Positions 36,028 through 50,115 of a stretch of DNA of 64,000 bases are shown here, piece after piece. The stretch's first letter is position 1, and each line of letters begins with the position of its first letter. Below the pieces are notes generated by a model. It saw only the letters and a program-made list of their open reading frames with translations, ran no database searches and was not told the DNA's origin. A program made the position numbers and the translations under genes. Source of the DNA: Takakia lepidozioides (lineage: Eukaryota; Plantae; Bryophyta); assembly GCA_030704615.1 (NCBI GenBank), contig CM060734.1:51026001-51090000 (forward strand), written 5' to 3'.

Positions 36028-37306
36028 GTTAAGTGGTTTACAGATACAATTGGGGAATAATATAAGAACTTAATGGACGCCTGCTATCGGACTCCGACGG
36101 CAGCCTTGGCTCTTGGGGCGGAGCCCCTGTCGAATCCTCCCCACCCCCTCTTACCTCGGTTACACTATTAAATACTTAAGAATCCAAAAGGGTTCCAAAC
36201 CGTGGTAGGTAGCATGATGATAAGGTGATAGCATTGCAGGCGGCGAGATTCTGGGTTTGATTTTTGACGGGAGGCTCTTGTAGTGTAACCCGGTTATTCC
36301 AATCGGTGTAATCCTGGTTAGTCCATTTTAGTCAAATTTCGTGACCAAGTGTGAGTTACATTGAGTGGACTTACACTATATTCTGAGTTACACACCTCGT
36401 CGTGCAACCCAATGTAACCTCAACTGGAGTTTACACTCCTTCAGTTCCATGTCACTCTCAAAAGAGAAGGTGGGAAAGATTTGACATGCCGCAAACTGGT
36501 GTCGGAGGTTCCACTTGTGCATTCAGTTCTTACATTATTCCTATTATCTTCCCTTACAATTGGGCTAATTGTTGGCTGTCCAAAAAGTAGATAATAGATA
36601 GATAGATCTTGGCGCATGCAAACACAAGAAAAGTAGAAAGTGCGGTTGGGAAGCCTTGCTGACATACATACGTCTGTGCAGTGTTGGGAGATGGAGTGTG
36701 TGTAGCCTCACAGCCCCACGGTGTGGACAGATAGCGTGTAACTGGGTCACTCTCATTCTTGTCATTTGCAGTCTTTGTCGTGTTCCCACAAAAGTTCGTT
36801 ACTTTGTACGATGTGTAAGTTGAGAAGGAATACACTGAGGCAAGTTGAGGCTGCTATGGAAGGCAGCCGCTGGCCTCAGGGAAGCAAGCGACTCACTTGT
36901 TTGTCGCTTCTTGAACCGCATTCCATCTCTCTCGGATCTCCTCGCTGATTCCTTGCCTCTCTTTCATCATATGTGCCTCAGGACTCAACTTCCCTCTCGA
37001 TTGGAGCAGTCTGAGCAGCTAGCATCCTCCACTCTGCCATGGACTGTGTTCCCATCTCTCAGTACCATTGAGACTCTTGATGGGTTTGTTTTCGTTCCAT
37101 CGCAAGCTGAACTAGGCTATTCCCCACCTTTGCATCTCGTTATGCAGATTGTTCAATGTGACTTGCTGGGTCTTTATGTCTCCCTAGTTTCCGTGTGTCC
37201 TCTCTGTGTTTGTGGCTCGCTCCCACAAGTGTAGCTCAAAGCTGAGCGGTGACAGTACACAAGCAGAGGACCCTTGGGAGAGGCTAGATTGGAGCTCAGG
37301 TCATTA

Positions 37307-40300
37307 ATGGCACTGCAACTTTTGCAATGTTGCTCTCTGTGGGGCTCATCTCTTGTTGGGCAGCAAGAATGCGTCTCCTGCAACCCACGCCAAAGACCAT
37401 GCACCTTCACAGTACTGGCTTCCCTGAAGCCGGGTGCCCCGCGGGCTATCAAAACGGAGACAATTGCGAAGGACCTACAACTTGGGCAGGAAATGGAGCC
37501 GACCAATACTACTCGTTATACCAGTGGAAAATCAGCTCACAGGTCTGGAGCCTCCGTGTCACAAGACGGGAGACTTCACTTCCATAAGCAGGTACAAGCA
37601 CCTGCCTGCATCCATGCTGAAGACCAATCAAAGAACAAGATAATTACAAGTAAATGGTTAACATGCTTGACTGAGATGAATGAACCAAATGGAATTGAAA
37701 GCATGTTGCATTGCGTGATGCTAATGCGAGGGTGAGAGCCTTTGCTTTCAGACGAATGGGTTTCACCATATTTCTTCTGCTCAGTCCCTGAATAGCTACT
37801 GAGGAAGTGAAGTTAGGATGAGAGCTCATTGACGTGCACGCACACCTGTACAAGCAACTGATTTTGGAAACAGACTTGAGGGCATGGCTACAACTTCCTT
37901 CCTGATTCATTCAGACTAAAGTCTCGCTCCAGGTCTTCTTGACCAGTTCAATACTAAGACTTCTTGGAATGCTTGTTTACAGGTGGTAGAAGAGGCCGAG
38001 CCCCTGCGAGATGCGACTGGCAGCCTAGCTTTAGCAGTTTGCAATTCTCTTGAAGGACTCATCAATACTTTATTAGAACCCCCAAAACGCCCTATGAGAA
38101 CAGACCCTCGGATTCAAATGGGTGGAAATTTCGCACCTGTCGACGAGTGTCCCCCTCGTAGCGATATTGAAGTTGTGGGGACAATCCCTCCTTCCTTGAA
38201 TGGGGTCTACATACGAAATGGGTCCAATCCCCAGCATAAACCCGTAGCTGGTTATCACAATTTTGACGGGGATGGCATGCTGCATGCCGTGAAGATCAAG
38301 GATGGGAATGCAAGCTACTGTTGCCGTTATACGAGAACCAACAGGTAGGGGCCATTTCATATCAACTTCTGCATCTCCTGTCGTTGTTAAGGTCAACAAA
38401 GGGAAACATACTTGATCCAGATGAAATATATTGCTGTTACTGGTGATGCGCTGGTTGCTCAAAGGTCCTCGACAGATGTCCAAGTGTTCAATGTGGAACC
38501 CGTAATCTTCAATCTGATGCATCTTCAACCTGACAGTTGAAGATTTCGTTCTAAAATTAGTTGAAATTATAGGTTCATGCAAGAGATGAAATTCGGCCAG
38601 CCTCTGTTCACAAACGCACTGGGGGAGCTTGACGGACTAGAAGGACTTGCCCGCTTGGCACTTTTCCAGCTCCGAAATACGCTCGGTGTAGTCGATAGCG
38701 CCAAGGGAATAGGAGCGGCTAATGCAGGACTGGCGTTCTTCAATGGAAAGTTACTGGCCATGTCAGAGGACGATAAGCCCTACGCTGTGCAAGTGAAAGA
38801 AGACGGTGACCTGGAGACAATTGGAAGGTACTTACACAGCTTTTGTTAATGTCTGCTTCCTCCAACACACCGAAATTTGGATACACTAGCTGGATGGGTT
38901 TGCTGGCAGGGCCATTGCTAAGAATCTTTAACTACTCCTGGCTCATGTATCTCATTGATCTGTTGGCGTCCCTGCAGGATTTCCTGAAGGGTCTTGTCAT
39001 GGATGTATCTATTCATGGGAGACTTTATATGAGATTTTAGTGCATGCATGTATGCTTTCCCGTAGGACAGTTGAGTAGTGCTTTCCTGACCTTCAGCTTC
39101 ATATCAGAATCTTGTTCTTGGGGCAATTGACAAAAAAATTCGGATTTGAGATCACTGAGTATATGCTTTGACATTTGCTGCATCAGGTATAATTTTGGAG
39201 GGAAGCTAAAGCATACAATGACAGCGCACCCAAAAGTTGATCCCAAAACTGGAGAGATGTTCTCCTACAGCTATAACCTTCTGGAGGAACCATTCCTCAG
39301 CTACTTTCAAGTTTCCCCAGAGGGACAGAAAGGTGTCGACGTCCCCATCACCTTACCAGAGCCTGTGCTCCTTCACGATTTTGTCGTCACCAAGAATTAC
39401 ATTATAATTCCTGAAATTCAGATGGTTTTCCGCCTGCAGGTGTGGTTGCACTGGCACAACTTGAAGGCTTTTAGCATTATACTTGCATTAGCCCCTCTGC
39501 TTGGGGATGCAAAAAAACTTACTTCGCTTTCAATTCACCGCATCAATCAGAAGTTTGCAAGTTTTGAGAGACCAGGGAACACAGGTAGGATGCACTTGAC
39601 ATTTTTCTCTCAGTTGCTTGCATCTGGCGCTAAGACAGTCGTACACTGTGTAACTGCAGGAGATGTTCAATGGGAGATCACCCATCTTCTGTGACGAGAA
39701 AAAAATGTCCAGGTTTGGAGTGATGCCGAAATTTGCCAGAACAGAAGCTCGGCTCCGTTGGTTTAATGTCCCAGCGGCCTCATGTTTCCACTACATAAAT
39801 GGATGGGAAGAGGGTGATGAGATTATGATAGTCGGATCAACCTTGTCGCCCCTCACGAATACCTTCAACAAACCCCATGCTCTCGACTGCCGGTTGACAC
39901 AGTTCTGTCTCAATCTACAATCTGGACAAACCTCCAGGCAGCAGATTTCATCTGCCAACCTTGATGTCGGGCAGTGCAACCCTCTCTACATGGGCAAAAA
40001 GTCAAGATATGTATACATGTCAATATCCGGGCCATGGCCCAAATTTTCAGGGATCGCAAAAGTGGACCTGCAAGCATCACCAACGGTTCCCGAGGGGGCT
40101 GACCGGGAGGAAACTGTGGTAGCCTGGCGAAAGTACCCAAAAGGCTGCTATGGAAGCGAGCCCTGGTTTGTGCCCCGCAGCAGTGACCCAGGCATAGCTG
40201 AAGATGATGGCTATATCTTCACATATTATCACGACGAAAGGTCTGGTATCTCTGAGCTCTTGATCCTGGACGCGCAGTCTCCTACCCTTGAACCGGTTGC

Positions 40301-40391
40301 CTCTCTGAAGCTTCCCACTAGAGTGCCATATGGTTTCCACGGGATTTTCCTCACTGAAGAGCAGCTTGCGCAGCAGAAACCAACTCTTTAA
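37307..40391 (+). CDS. Plastid carotenoid cleavage dioxygenase of the NCED/CCD4 clade
   Basis: Phase-consistent exons: 37307-37591, 37983-38344, 38573-38827, 39187-39439, 39660-40391. Motifs [26 protein letters not shown]. The four Fe-binding His lie in TAHPK, LHDF, CFHY and PYGFHG. N-terminal transit-like peptide. Confidence 0.92.
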
Positions 40392-41156
40392 GTCTGAGAA
40401 GAAGATTTTACTTGGGCACATCATTCATAGCTGAGATTCCCTTCAGCTCCAAAACAATTAGCAGACAGCATCACACCAAGAGGGAATGCTCCGAGAAACC
40501 AAGTGTCTACTACAACTCTCCTATTGTACGGTACATGCTAGAAACCTGGAGATGGTATCAACGCAGAAGCACACTACTGTACCAAAGACTGACATCCTCT
40601 CATTATTTTACAACATAAACTCCACTCTCCACTTTGGGTTGTACTGCCGGTTTGTTTGGGCTCAAAGTTTGAGGTTCACAAAACAAAAATTCCAACATCA
40701 ATGATCAACATGAGATGAAACTTCTTGACAGATGATTTTGAACTTATTTGAATGTTTCTTCAGCACATTACTATGTTTTCAAGGATATGGTAAGATGTAC
40801 ATGGCGACAAGCTGGCAGACACCAAACATCCGATGGGCATGAATATGCATTCCTGGGGTTGTGCTAAATTCCACAAAAGACCACAAAAGAAAGCAGCTGC
40901 TTACTGTGGTTTCACATCCAATCCGTTTGCTTATACTCCACACCATGCAATACAAAGAACGTGTCAGACAGGTACCTGGCTTTCTTCATCTGGCCAGAAA
41001 ATGTCTTCACCTAGGATTTCCACAATCTGTGGATGCAGCTTGCCTTTTATGACAAATTTCTGCACCTGTTATGTCTGCACCTGTTCGTCACTTTCAAATG
41101 CAGCTGTGCCGTGGCTCCTTTCGACACCTGTCCTCTATTATTTTCTCATTGTTGCT

Positions 41157-42735
41157 TGATCATCCCACCTGCCAGCCGCATTATACATGTTACAGAGCAT
41201 GCGATGCAGTATGCTGTGGATCCCTCTTGAGAATGTTTTTGGCTGCACGTTCTGCTACCTCTACATCACCATGAAGTCTTCTGGCACCAAGCAAGGCCCT
41301 CCACACCCTGGCATCTGATTTGACTGGCATTCTGTCAACAAGTCTTCTGCCTCATCCAATCGTCCTGCACAGCCGAGAAGGTCCACCATGTAGCCAAAAT
41401 GCTCCACTGTTGGAGTAAGGCCATGATCCTGTAAAATGGAATCAAAGTAGTGACCGCCTTCTTCCACTAAGCCCACATGGCTACACGCAGAGAGAAGGGA
41501 TATAAAGTTATACTATTTGGCTTTGACCCTTCCCATTGCAATTTTTCAAACAGTTGAAGAGCCTCCCTACCACAAACATGCTGGGCACATCCTGAAATCA
41601 TTGCACTCCATGTGACCACATCTTGTTTAGCCATCTTGTCAAACACTTGAAGGGCATCCTTCATGCTCCCACATTTTGCATACATTTCAACAAGAGCAGT
41701 CTCAAGATTTATATCTGATGGAACGCCAGATTCAATCATGTCCACATACACCTCTTTTGCCCTTTTCTGGGCTTCGAAGGTGGCACATGCATTGAGAAAA
41801 CAGTTGAAGGTGACCTTGTCAGGCACAAAGCCTTCCCATCTCATAAGCTTTCAATATTGAGAGCCTCCCAACCATACCCATGCTGAGCACATCCTGCTAT
41901 CATGGCATTCCATGATACCACAGTGTGTGTAGCCATGTTGTCGAACACTTGATGTACATCTTGTACACCCCAACATTTGGCATACATTTCAACAAGATGT
42001 ACTTTTATACTTATCCAGTATAATATCTGACTCAACACTTTTGCTGATTTCAGCATGGATCTCTTTGCTTTTTGACAGGTTTCTTATGCTAGCACACTGA
42101 GAACACAAATGAACATAACCTTGGTGGGCATCACCCCTTCCCGCACCATTTGCTCATACATTTCCCAAGCCTCCCTACCACAGCCATGCTGATCATATCC
42201 TGGGATCATGGCATTCCATGAGACCACATCCTGGCGAGTCCTATCTTGTTGCATTTGCTCGCAAATCATGAAAGCCTACCGACCATACCCATGCTTAGCA
42301 TTACTGCAATCCTTATAGTCCACGTACAATATCTTGTTTAGACAATTTGTCAAACACTTGCCTTGCATCCACCAGGCTACCACACTTTAGCATACATTTT
42401 AATAAGGGTTTTGAGTAAGAGAGATTTAGCTCAAATCCACTTGGGATATGTGGGCATGAACATGCTTTCTGGCTAGGCCTCTTGTGCTGATAGTCCTTGA
42501 AGAGACGGACATATTCGTTTGACTCCACGCAAATGCGTTGTTGATTCAAAATCTTCAGTGCCTTCTTCCTTAGTCCTGCTAGTGTCCTCAGATTCCCAGA
42601 AAAGCCAGAAGGGTTCTTGTTAGCCCCCTCTCTTGATTTTTCAAAGGAGTTGGTGATGCTGAAGGTAACCCCCTTCTGCCAATCTCGCGTCCAATAAGCA
42701 TCTGTGCATGATCCTATCCTGCCGTCCTCCATCAC
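41157..42735 (-). pseudogene. PLS-class PPR(-E) pseudogene
   Basis: PPR fragments (KCGSLVDARQVFDKL, VVSWNAMI, ALVEMYAKCGSMKDA, HFGYMVDLLGCAGRLDEAE) in several frames, with many frameshifts and stops. Confidence 0.88.
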
Positions 42736-44070
42736 TAATATTTCTCCGTTACGAACTTCTCTGAGAACTTGCGTAATACATCCTCAAACCCCGTCAATAC
42801 TTGGGAAGAAATAATTCTTCATGAGGCCCGGCTCCTATCTGCAAATTACCACGGTGCAGAGCCATCGCTTCAACCAGTGCCTCACATAGACCAGGCTTGT
42901 TGCCACATCTTTCAAGTAAGGAGGAGCAACCTGAAACAGCCTACTTCCAAAACAACCTGCTGATAGCAACACGCCATTCTGTGACAAAGATACAAATTGT
43001 CATTTGAAAAGCAACGGGAGATACGATCCAGTCCACAATGTAGTCCTTCTTGCCATACTCTTTCGCGTCCTCAATGAAGGCAGCCTCACCTTATCAAACC
43101 GTTTGTCCGATGACTGTGAAGGAACTGAGAAGAACTCCTGCCATACCTGTTCTAAGTTCATTGGTTGACCTGCAAGCAAAGAACTGCCAGAACATGGGAA
43201 AATTGCCAGCTTCCGATTGGCCAGAGTTATTTCAGATCTTCAACAGCTCCTATTTTACCAACGGTCTTATTGAGGAATGCCGGAGTAGGATTCCATAAAA
43301 TAAATCTGCTTCAGTTTCTCTCTCAAGCAAGCACGATGTGACTGCAAGTACCATCAGACCACATGGTCCCATCTGTGTGGGAATGGACTTGACAATTTCC
43401 ATCATTATGCAAACAGAGACCTTTATATAAATACTGGAACCAGCTTGTTGGCTTGCACGAGTCCTATGACAGTTGCAGGCTGCGTATCTTATCTTCGCTC
43501 TGATATCGCGCAGGACTATGCCCTCCAGAGTGCCTTCTAGCCAATTTTCACATGAACAGCTCAACGTGCACATCGCTTTGCACTACTTCGAAGGGACCAA
43601 CAGCAATGTGTGACACACCTGTCCCTGTAAATTTAACACTAGACTTGTCCTTATGAAGGGTCCCACCCCTTTTCTCATACGAGGCTGGTATAGGTATCTT
43701 TAAGGTCTAGGGCCCGGCATTGCCGGGGTGTATACGAATTTCAGTTCACCGCAAGAAGAACACCGAGCATTGCGTGCCCCTCTACCTGCGAGCTCATACA
43801 ACACTGAGGCACTCTGCCATAGGAGACGAGGAAGATGAAGTGGGTACAAGAGAGCAACAAGAGCGAGCACAAAGCAAGTTTAGCTGGCTACACTAGTTTA
43901 ACTAACTTTTGTGATTAGTCTAATAACATGCACGATTAGAGGGGACAGGGCTTACGGTATAGGTGCATCTTTCAGGGTTTGGGAAGGGGGAGGATGGACA
44001 TGCGAGGAGGTGTTTGTGCCCAAAGATCTCATGGCAGGTAGCAAGGGGATGGCAATCCGAGCAAACCCAG

Positions 44071-44955
44071 ATGACAGTTCCTTCATATATGGCTGGGGCT
44101 GTGGTCCCTGCAGAGGGCTCGGTATCAAAGTCCACGAAAGATGTGGTTGTTTCGTTGAAAGCACACCAGGCGCTGCTGTTTGAGGGGGTGCCACAAAGAT
44201 CAGAGCGGCAAGAAGCAGGGCAGGAGAAGCAGCGAGTCGCAGCGGCGGTGGCTGGAAGGAACGGTGCACTCCGTGCGCTAGCCAAGCGAGTGCGTGATGC
44301 ACAGCAGGTGCTGGAGGCGAGTGTGGAGGAGATGTCGGAGTTCAAGCGCGGCCGGCTTGGCAGCAGCTTGGATATACAGGAGCTGGTCTCATATGCACAC
44401 AAAATCAGCTATACTACATTTGCCCCACCTGAATTTGCGTCAGGTTTAGTCCCGATGCGAAGTGCCTTGCCTCCTGCCCCCCAGGATGAGCAAATGCGTG
44501 CCTCCATGCTGTATCAAGCCAATGGCCTGGATTTGGGTCTTCCCAAATTGGTAGCTCCTGTACCCTCCCCGCTTGTACCCACTGAAGATGCGGTAGTTGT
44601 GAAGGTGGAAGGGTCTGTCACAGCACTGGAACCTGTGGTGCCTGCGGGATGGCAGCCTGGGATGCCTGTTCAGCTGCCGTCAGAGCTACCGCCAATGCCA
44701 GCAGGTTGGAAGATTGGTGATCCCATTCCATTACCCCCGGGTTTGGATATGCTCCCTTTGCCTCCAGGGTGGAAGGCTGGGGATGCTGCTCCAGTTTCTG
44801 CAGGCTTGCGGCCCAAAGCTCCCGCTGCCCCCGCTCCTGCACCAGGAGTCATTCACGTGCCATTTGTCCAGCTCGACCTCAACCCTGAGCTGGAAGATGA
44901 CTTTGGCAGTGACTATGGCAGTGACGAAAGCAATTCAGAAGAAGACGATGAGTGA
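44071..44955 (+). CDS. MED4: Mediator of RNA polymerase II subunit 4
   Basis: LVSYAHKISYTTFAPPEF...ALPPAPQDEQMRAS, then a Pro-rich PxGW repeat region and an acidic tail (VQLDLNP...DYGSDES). First ATG at 44071; intronless. Confidence 0.92.
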   Translation: MTVPSYMAGAVVPAEGSVSKSTKDVVVSLKAHQALLFEGVPQRSERQEAGQEKQRVAAAVAGRNGALRALAKRVRDAQQVLEASVEEMSEFKRGRLGSSLDIQELVSYAHKISYTTFAPPEFASGLVPMRSALPPAPQDEQMRASMLYQANGLDLGLPKLVAPVPSPLVPTEDAVVVKVEGSVTALEPVVPAGWQPGMPVQLPSELPPMPAGWKIGDPIPLPPGLDMLPLPPGWKAGDAAPVSAGLRPKAPAAPAPAPGVIHVPFVQLDLNPELEDDFGSDYGSDESNSEEDDE

Positions 44956-46699
44956 TTTGCGTTTTTCTACTGCTGCATATCAAATGTTACTCGAGAAGGC
45001 AGGAGCTGAATCCTGGCACCAATCTACTCTACGGTCACAGCCTTTGATGAACAAATGGGACCGAGGGAGACCCACAATGCTAGGACCTGTCTGCAGATAT
45101 CACCATTTTTACATCCGATGTCCTTCCTGCGAGGGGCACTAAGCAGAAGTTCGAATTAAGAGTAGTTTGCAGTCCTGGACATTTAGTTAACCCAGCTGGA
45201 AGTAGGCCATTAACATGTCCCATCTGCAGGAATGGTTTTTGATGAGTTTCAAGATTATAGCTCTTGTCCAGTAATCCGGTAGAGAGCTCTCAACTGAATC
45301 TAAGGGGAATATGAAGTGGCATAGGACAACACCAGAGGAGCTGTAATTGAAGTCACTCATACTATTACTCAGATCAGACTTGTAATTACATTAGCATTTC
45401 TCACAAAATTTGTGATTGAGGAGAGCTGGAACTGCTATGGCAATCGCATTTCTTGTAACATGTGGAGTACACTATGCCCAAAGTCCAAATTCATTTGATC
45501 CCGTTGGAAGCTGATCGGACCTTTGAAGCTAGGTCGACCTGGCTGCTTCACTGGCAGTGGACCAATACAACACACTTCTGCACATGTGTTTGAGTGGATG
45601 CTGAAACTGTGCTGATTGTAAGAAGATGTGTCTTTCTCTCCCTCTTTGCACCTTTTTGTGTGTTGCCTGTTCTTGTCCATGGATTTCCTTAGGTCACATT
45701 CTTGACAAGCTAAAAGGAATAATTCACAGAGATACTTGCAGTCTTGTTGCGTTCAACTGCTATGCACAGGAGTCCTTGAGCTTCACAGGATCTGTCATTT
45801 GCAAGTCGGCCCCTACAAATTGCACTGGAAAGTGGGACGCTAGCAAGTGACTTGAATTAGTTAGCCAATTGATAGGTGTACTCTTTCAAATGCACCACAA
45901 GATACCTGTCTTCCTGTGCAGACGGGCAGACCTACAGCAACTGACGGGTCAAGAAGATGCTATTACCACCATTGCATCCCCTCTTCACTACAAAGTATAT
46001 AAAATTCTCAAATTCTGCTTAGTTGCGTTTGTTCGTTTGTTGTATAACTGACCACCAAGTGGCCACATTATATACGATAACAGGATAGAAACAAGTGCAC
46101 AAAATGTGGACTATTTTGGTCTTTCTGTCGGTGGATATTTTAGACAAGGGTTTCAGTGGTATAATCAATGTCCATGGGGCTATCCAATCTCTCGTGTTGT
46201 GAATCGTGTTAAACAGCTCTCAACACTACAGAGGCCACAACAGACAGTGCCAGATTCTGGGCACCCATCAAGAGATCACGGAGCACTTTCACAGTCAGCT
46301 TTGAGGAGTCAAACTGTCCAACAATCGACACACTCCGTCACCATCTCCTCCAAGCAAAGATGCTGTGTGATTTGATGCTTGATTCACTTCCCAATTGGTG
46401 GAAAACGACAATTTGCTAAGGAGAGTGTTCGTGTGGGTTCTGAGAGCATGTGATTCCATCACTTTTCAGCAGATCAACATAGGTATAATTCAGAGAACAA
46501 CGTTCCTGTAAGGTAAACTTGAAAGCTGACTCTTTCGTGACAGGGGTGAAGAGACTTGAAATCCTCTTGTACTCTTCACTCCAAGCGCTCTCCCGATCGA
46601 TCATCTCTCCAGGTTTGCATACGCTTCTATTGCATGGTTCACCGACAGATCCGTGGACCTCAAGATAGTGGATGCAAGCAGCGGAAGTATTGGCTGTAC

Positions 46700-48731
46700 A
46701 TGATGGCACGACCTCTCGCGTTGCACAAGGGCATTGGAAGCATTCGACTACTCAACAATGTGTGGCTTCTGGCCAGCGCCCTATGTCTTTTTGTACTCGT
46801 CACGTCTGCGGTGCTGCGAACTACTGGGTATCAGATGTCCAAGGAGGGGCTGACCTCCATGTATGACAAGTGGGAACCTTCCATCAGCATCAACCAAGTT
46901 TTCGCAAGATGGGATGCCAGTGTTGGTTGCAAAAAGTACGTGGAAGAACACAAAATTGCAGTGGGGTTGGGCTTCAATGCGACCACCGCACCACGCAGCT
47001 TGCAACAGCCGGATATGGTGGCTTGCCAAGAGTTGAAGCGGCAGCATGTGTCAATACTGGTAAAGAAGTGGACGTGGATCCCAGACAATCTGAACAACCT
47101 GTATTCATGCAGGTGCGGACTCACCTGCTTATGGACAAACACGGAGGTGCTATCTGATCACCCCGATGCTCATTTCTTTGAGTTCATCGAACCTCCATCC
47201 ACGGTAAGGTGTGGCTCACAATTCCTTCAAGGGTGCATGATTTGTTTCTTATCCAGAAGCCTATGTCGCTGTGCGATTCAACCATTTGTTTGCACGAGGC
47301 TGGATTCTTGTTTCAAGAAGGGTTCCTTCATTGTACAGCTTGCCTCTCAGGTTGTGTGGTCACACAACCAGAGAGATTTCTGTTAAAAGTCTGGGGATCT
47401 TTTAAGTGCATGCCATGAAGATTGCAGGCATTTGTAACCCAACAAGATAATCTGATACTGTAGTAAGGTGTCTGTACAAAGTTGAAAGCAACTATGGCAC
47501 AGGTTAAAACGATCTGATAGTCAGTTGCATTGCAAGCCATAATAGTTTGCTGAAGTTTTGCGAGCACAAAACACATGTACAGCTGGATTGCTGTCAGTTG
47601 TGCTATAATACCAATTGATAGAAGGTGGAGTCAAGCACATGGTGTTGCACGAACTGCTAAACTGCTTCAAAGAAAAGGAATGGTGGCTTCAAAGAAGGCC
47701 AATCGGTCTCTTGTCCATGGTAGTGGCGGGCAAGCTACTGGATAGGACCTTCAGTATGGGTATAGCTAGTTCATAGGCATTGACAAATTTTGTGTGAATT
47801 GACTGGCTGATGCCAATGCAAAAGGCTAACTATGCTTCCGGCATGATTTATACAGCGTCGTCAGGGGGAGCCTTTGAGGGTGTACATGGAACTGGAAGCA
47901 CACCGTAAGCCAGCAAAGGTTCAAGATTTGTTTGTGAGCTATCATGCCAAAGATTCTCTGCAGGTCACTTATGCTGGAGCTCTCTTTCATATTGCCCGCA
48001 ACTATTACGTCTCCCCTTCCAAAAATGATGTAAGATTCTTGTCTATCTTTGTTTCTTCCAGCATTAGAATTAGCGCTGCGTCTCTTATCGTCAGTCAAGA
48101 GAGAGTAGTTCTTGGCCCTAATCTAGCTTTATGGTGCATTCAGGAGGTTCTGGTGTACTGGTCATCATCACGCTGTTTGGACCAGAGGCAAAAGGTAGCG
48201 AAGAGCTTGTTGTCACTCCTCCCTCATCATTCCTTTGGTAAATGTCTCAACAATGTGGGGGGCACTGACAGGATCTCCAGCATGTACCCTAAATGCAAGG
48301 ATCAAAGTGGAGCGGGAGCATGGAGTCAGAATCTTCACTGTGCCATGTCACATTACAAGTTTGCTTTGGCCATTGAGAACACCTGGACTGAGAGTTATGT
48401 CACTGAGAAGCTCTTCTACCCTCTCGATGTGGGCACAGTGCCCATTTACTTTGGGGCTCCCAATGTGCTGGACTTAGTACCCCCGCACTCCATTATTGAT
48501 GGCTCCAAGTTTCCAAACATGGAGAAACTGGCAGACTATGTGAAGCAAGTGGCTGCCAGCCCCGTGCTGTATGCCGAGTACCACGCATGGCGACGGTGTG
48601 GCATCATGGGCAAATACGTCCACACGCGGGCGGTTAGCCTCGACTCCCTACCCTGCCGTCTGTGTGCTGCTGTTAGTAAGCTCGGAGGCAAGGATGCCCC
48701 TGTGGCATCAGAAGGTTTCTACCAAAATTGA
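46700..48731 (+). CDS. FUT13: Alpha-(1,4)-fucosyltransferase, GT10 (Lewis a synthesis)
   Basis: Exons 46700-47203, 47856-48029, 48144-48731. Type II TM anchor; WTWIPDNLNNLYSCRCGLTCLWT; HCAMSHYKFALAIENT..ESYVTEKLFY; YAEYHAWRRCG; SLDSLPCRLC. Confidence 0.92.
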
Positions 48732-50115
48732 TCAATCGCTGAAAGTTGGAAGCTACTTGTGAAGATCAAGGACACTACTCCCATCATACCAAGCCATATC
48801 CACCTGCCAAGTCCCACGTGTTCACACATCCATGCTTTGCCATAAAATACAATAGACACCCCAGACAACCCACGCCAAGGGGTGATAGTTTTATACTGAA
48901 AAGGGCAGGGCCTCACTGCCAACCAACAACTCACTTTGGCTGGTTTCCAAAGAGTGGTATGACAATGAGCAGCAGTGATAATATCTCTCAAGGGCATATT
49001 ATCAGCAATTACAACAAATGCTAGTCAGAGTGCATGCTGACATATAGCACAATGTTCCCATTTGAACATCACTGTAGCATTGCCAGACACTGGCAGTCAG
49101 TGTGGTTTGGCTATCAGAAAAGATGTCTAGATTATACTGAAGCTCAGCTGGTTGTTCTTGGGCTTGGTCATGTTATTGATGGCTTCATGAGGTCTTAGAA
49201 ACAAAAAGTAATAGCTTAGTATCCCAAGCCCTGTGGGGTTTAAGGGGGTGGGTGACTGAGAGATGGTGATGATCTCCCAGGGTTGTGCTTGTCCAACTTC
49301 CAACCAGGAACCGTATGGCATGATTGAAATTACAAGGCATGGTTTCTCTGTGTTACAACTGTTGAGAGCCAGGGATTCTCAGTGGCCTGAGAGTTCCAAG
49401 AAAACCAGACACCCCATAATATGTAGTTCTAACAGCAACCACCTACTACCACAATATGAGAAAAACAACCATAGCTAGAGCCAAAGAAGCAGAAGTGCTT
49501 TTGCACTACGCCCGAACCAGCGAAAAGGAAGGGGTATAACATCCTGGTGGGGTTGAACTTGGAATTCAACTACTGCAAACTCAATCTCTACATAGCTTCA
49601 TAAAGCGCTCCAAGTGGCTCAAATTTCAACATACAGTTGTGGTGGCCCACAATGCAGGGAGGTTGCCTTGTTTGTTTGTTCATATGTGCAGCCTCTCTTT
49701 CAATTATCCTGCCTTACAGTCCCAGGAGCAAGAAGAGTCATTGACTTCATGGCCTGTCACTTGTGCACCTGTTGTTTTCTCAACTTGCATTTCAACCTCT
49801 GCCAAAGGTGATGCATTCGAATCAAACACACTATCAATTTACAGTACAGTCTGCTCCATACTACTATTCCTTCTCAACCAGCACCATGTACTCCAAAAGC
49901 CTGCCCCCAACCCCAATATATCCCAGTGTGAGATGGGTTGCCTGTAAGAAAACCCTCCCAGAACGCTCCATTCTCCATACCCTTCTCTTGGAAAGCCCTA
50001 GCCAGGAACTTCCACATGACTGCCGTGTGCCTGCCCTGGAGTAAGAGAATAGACAGAAAGTCTTGCGACATCAAGGTCATAGAATTACAATACAATTCCG
50101 TCAATTCGCAATGCC

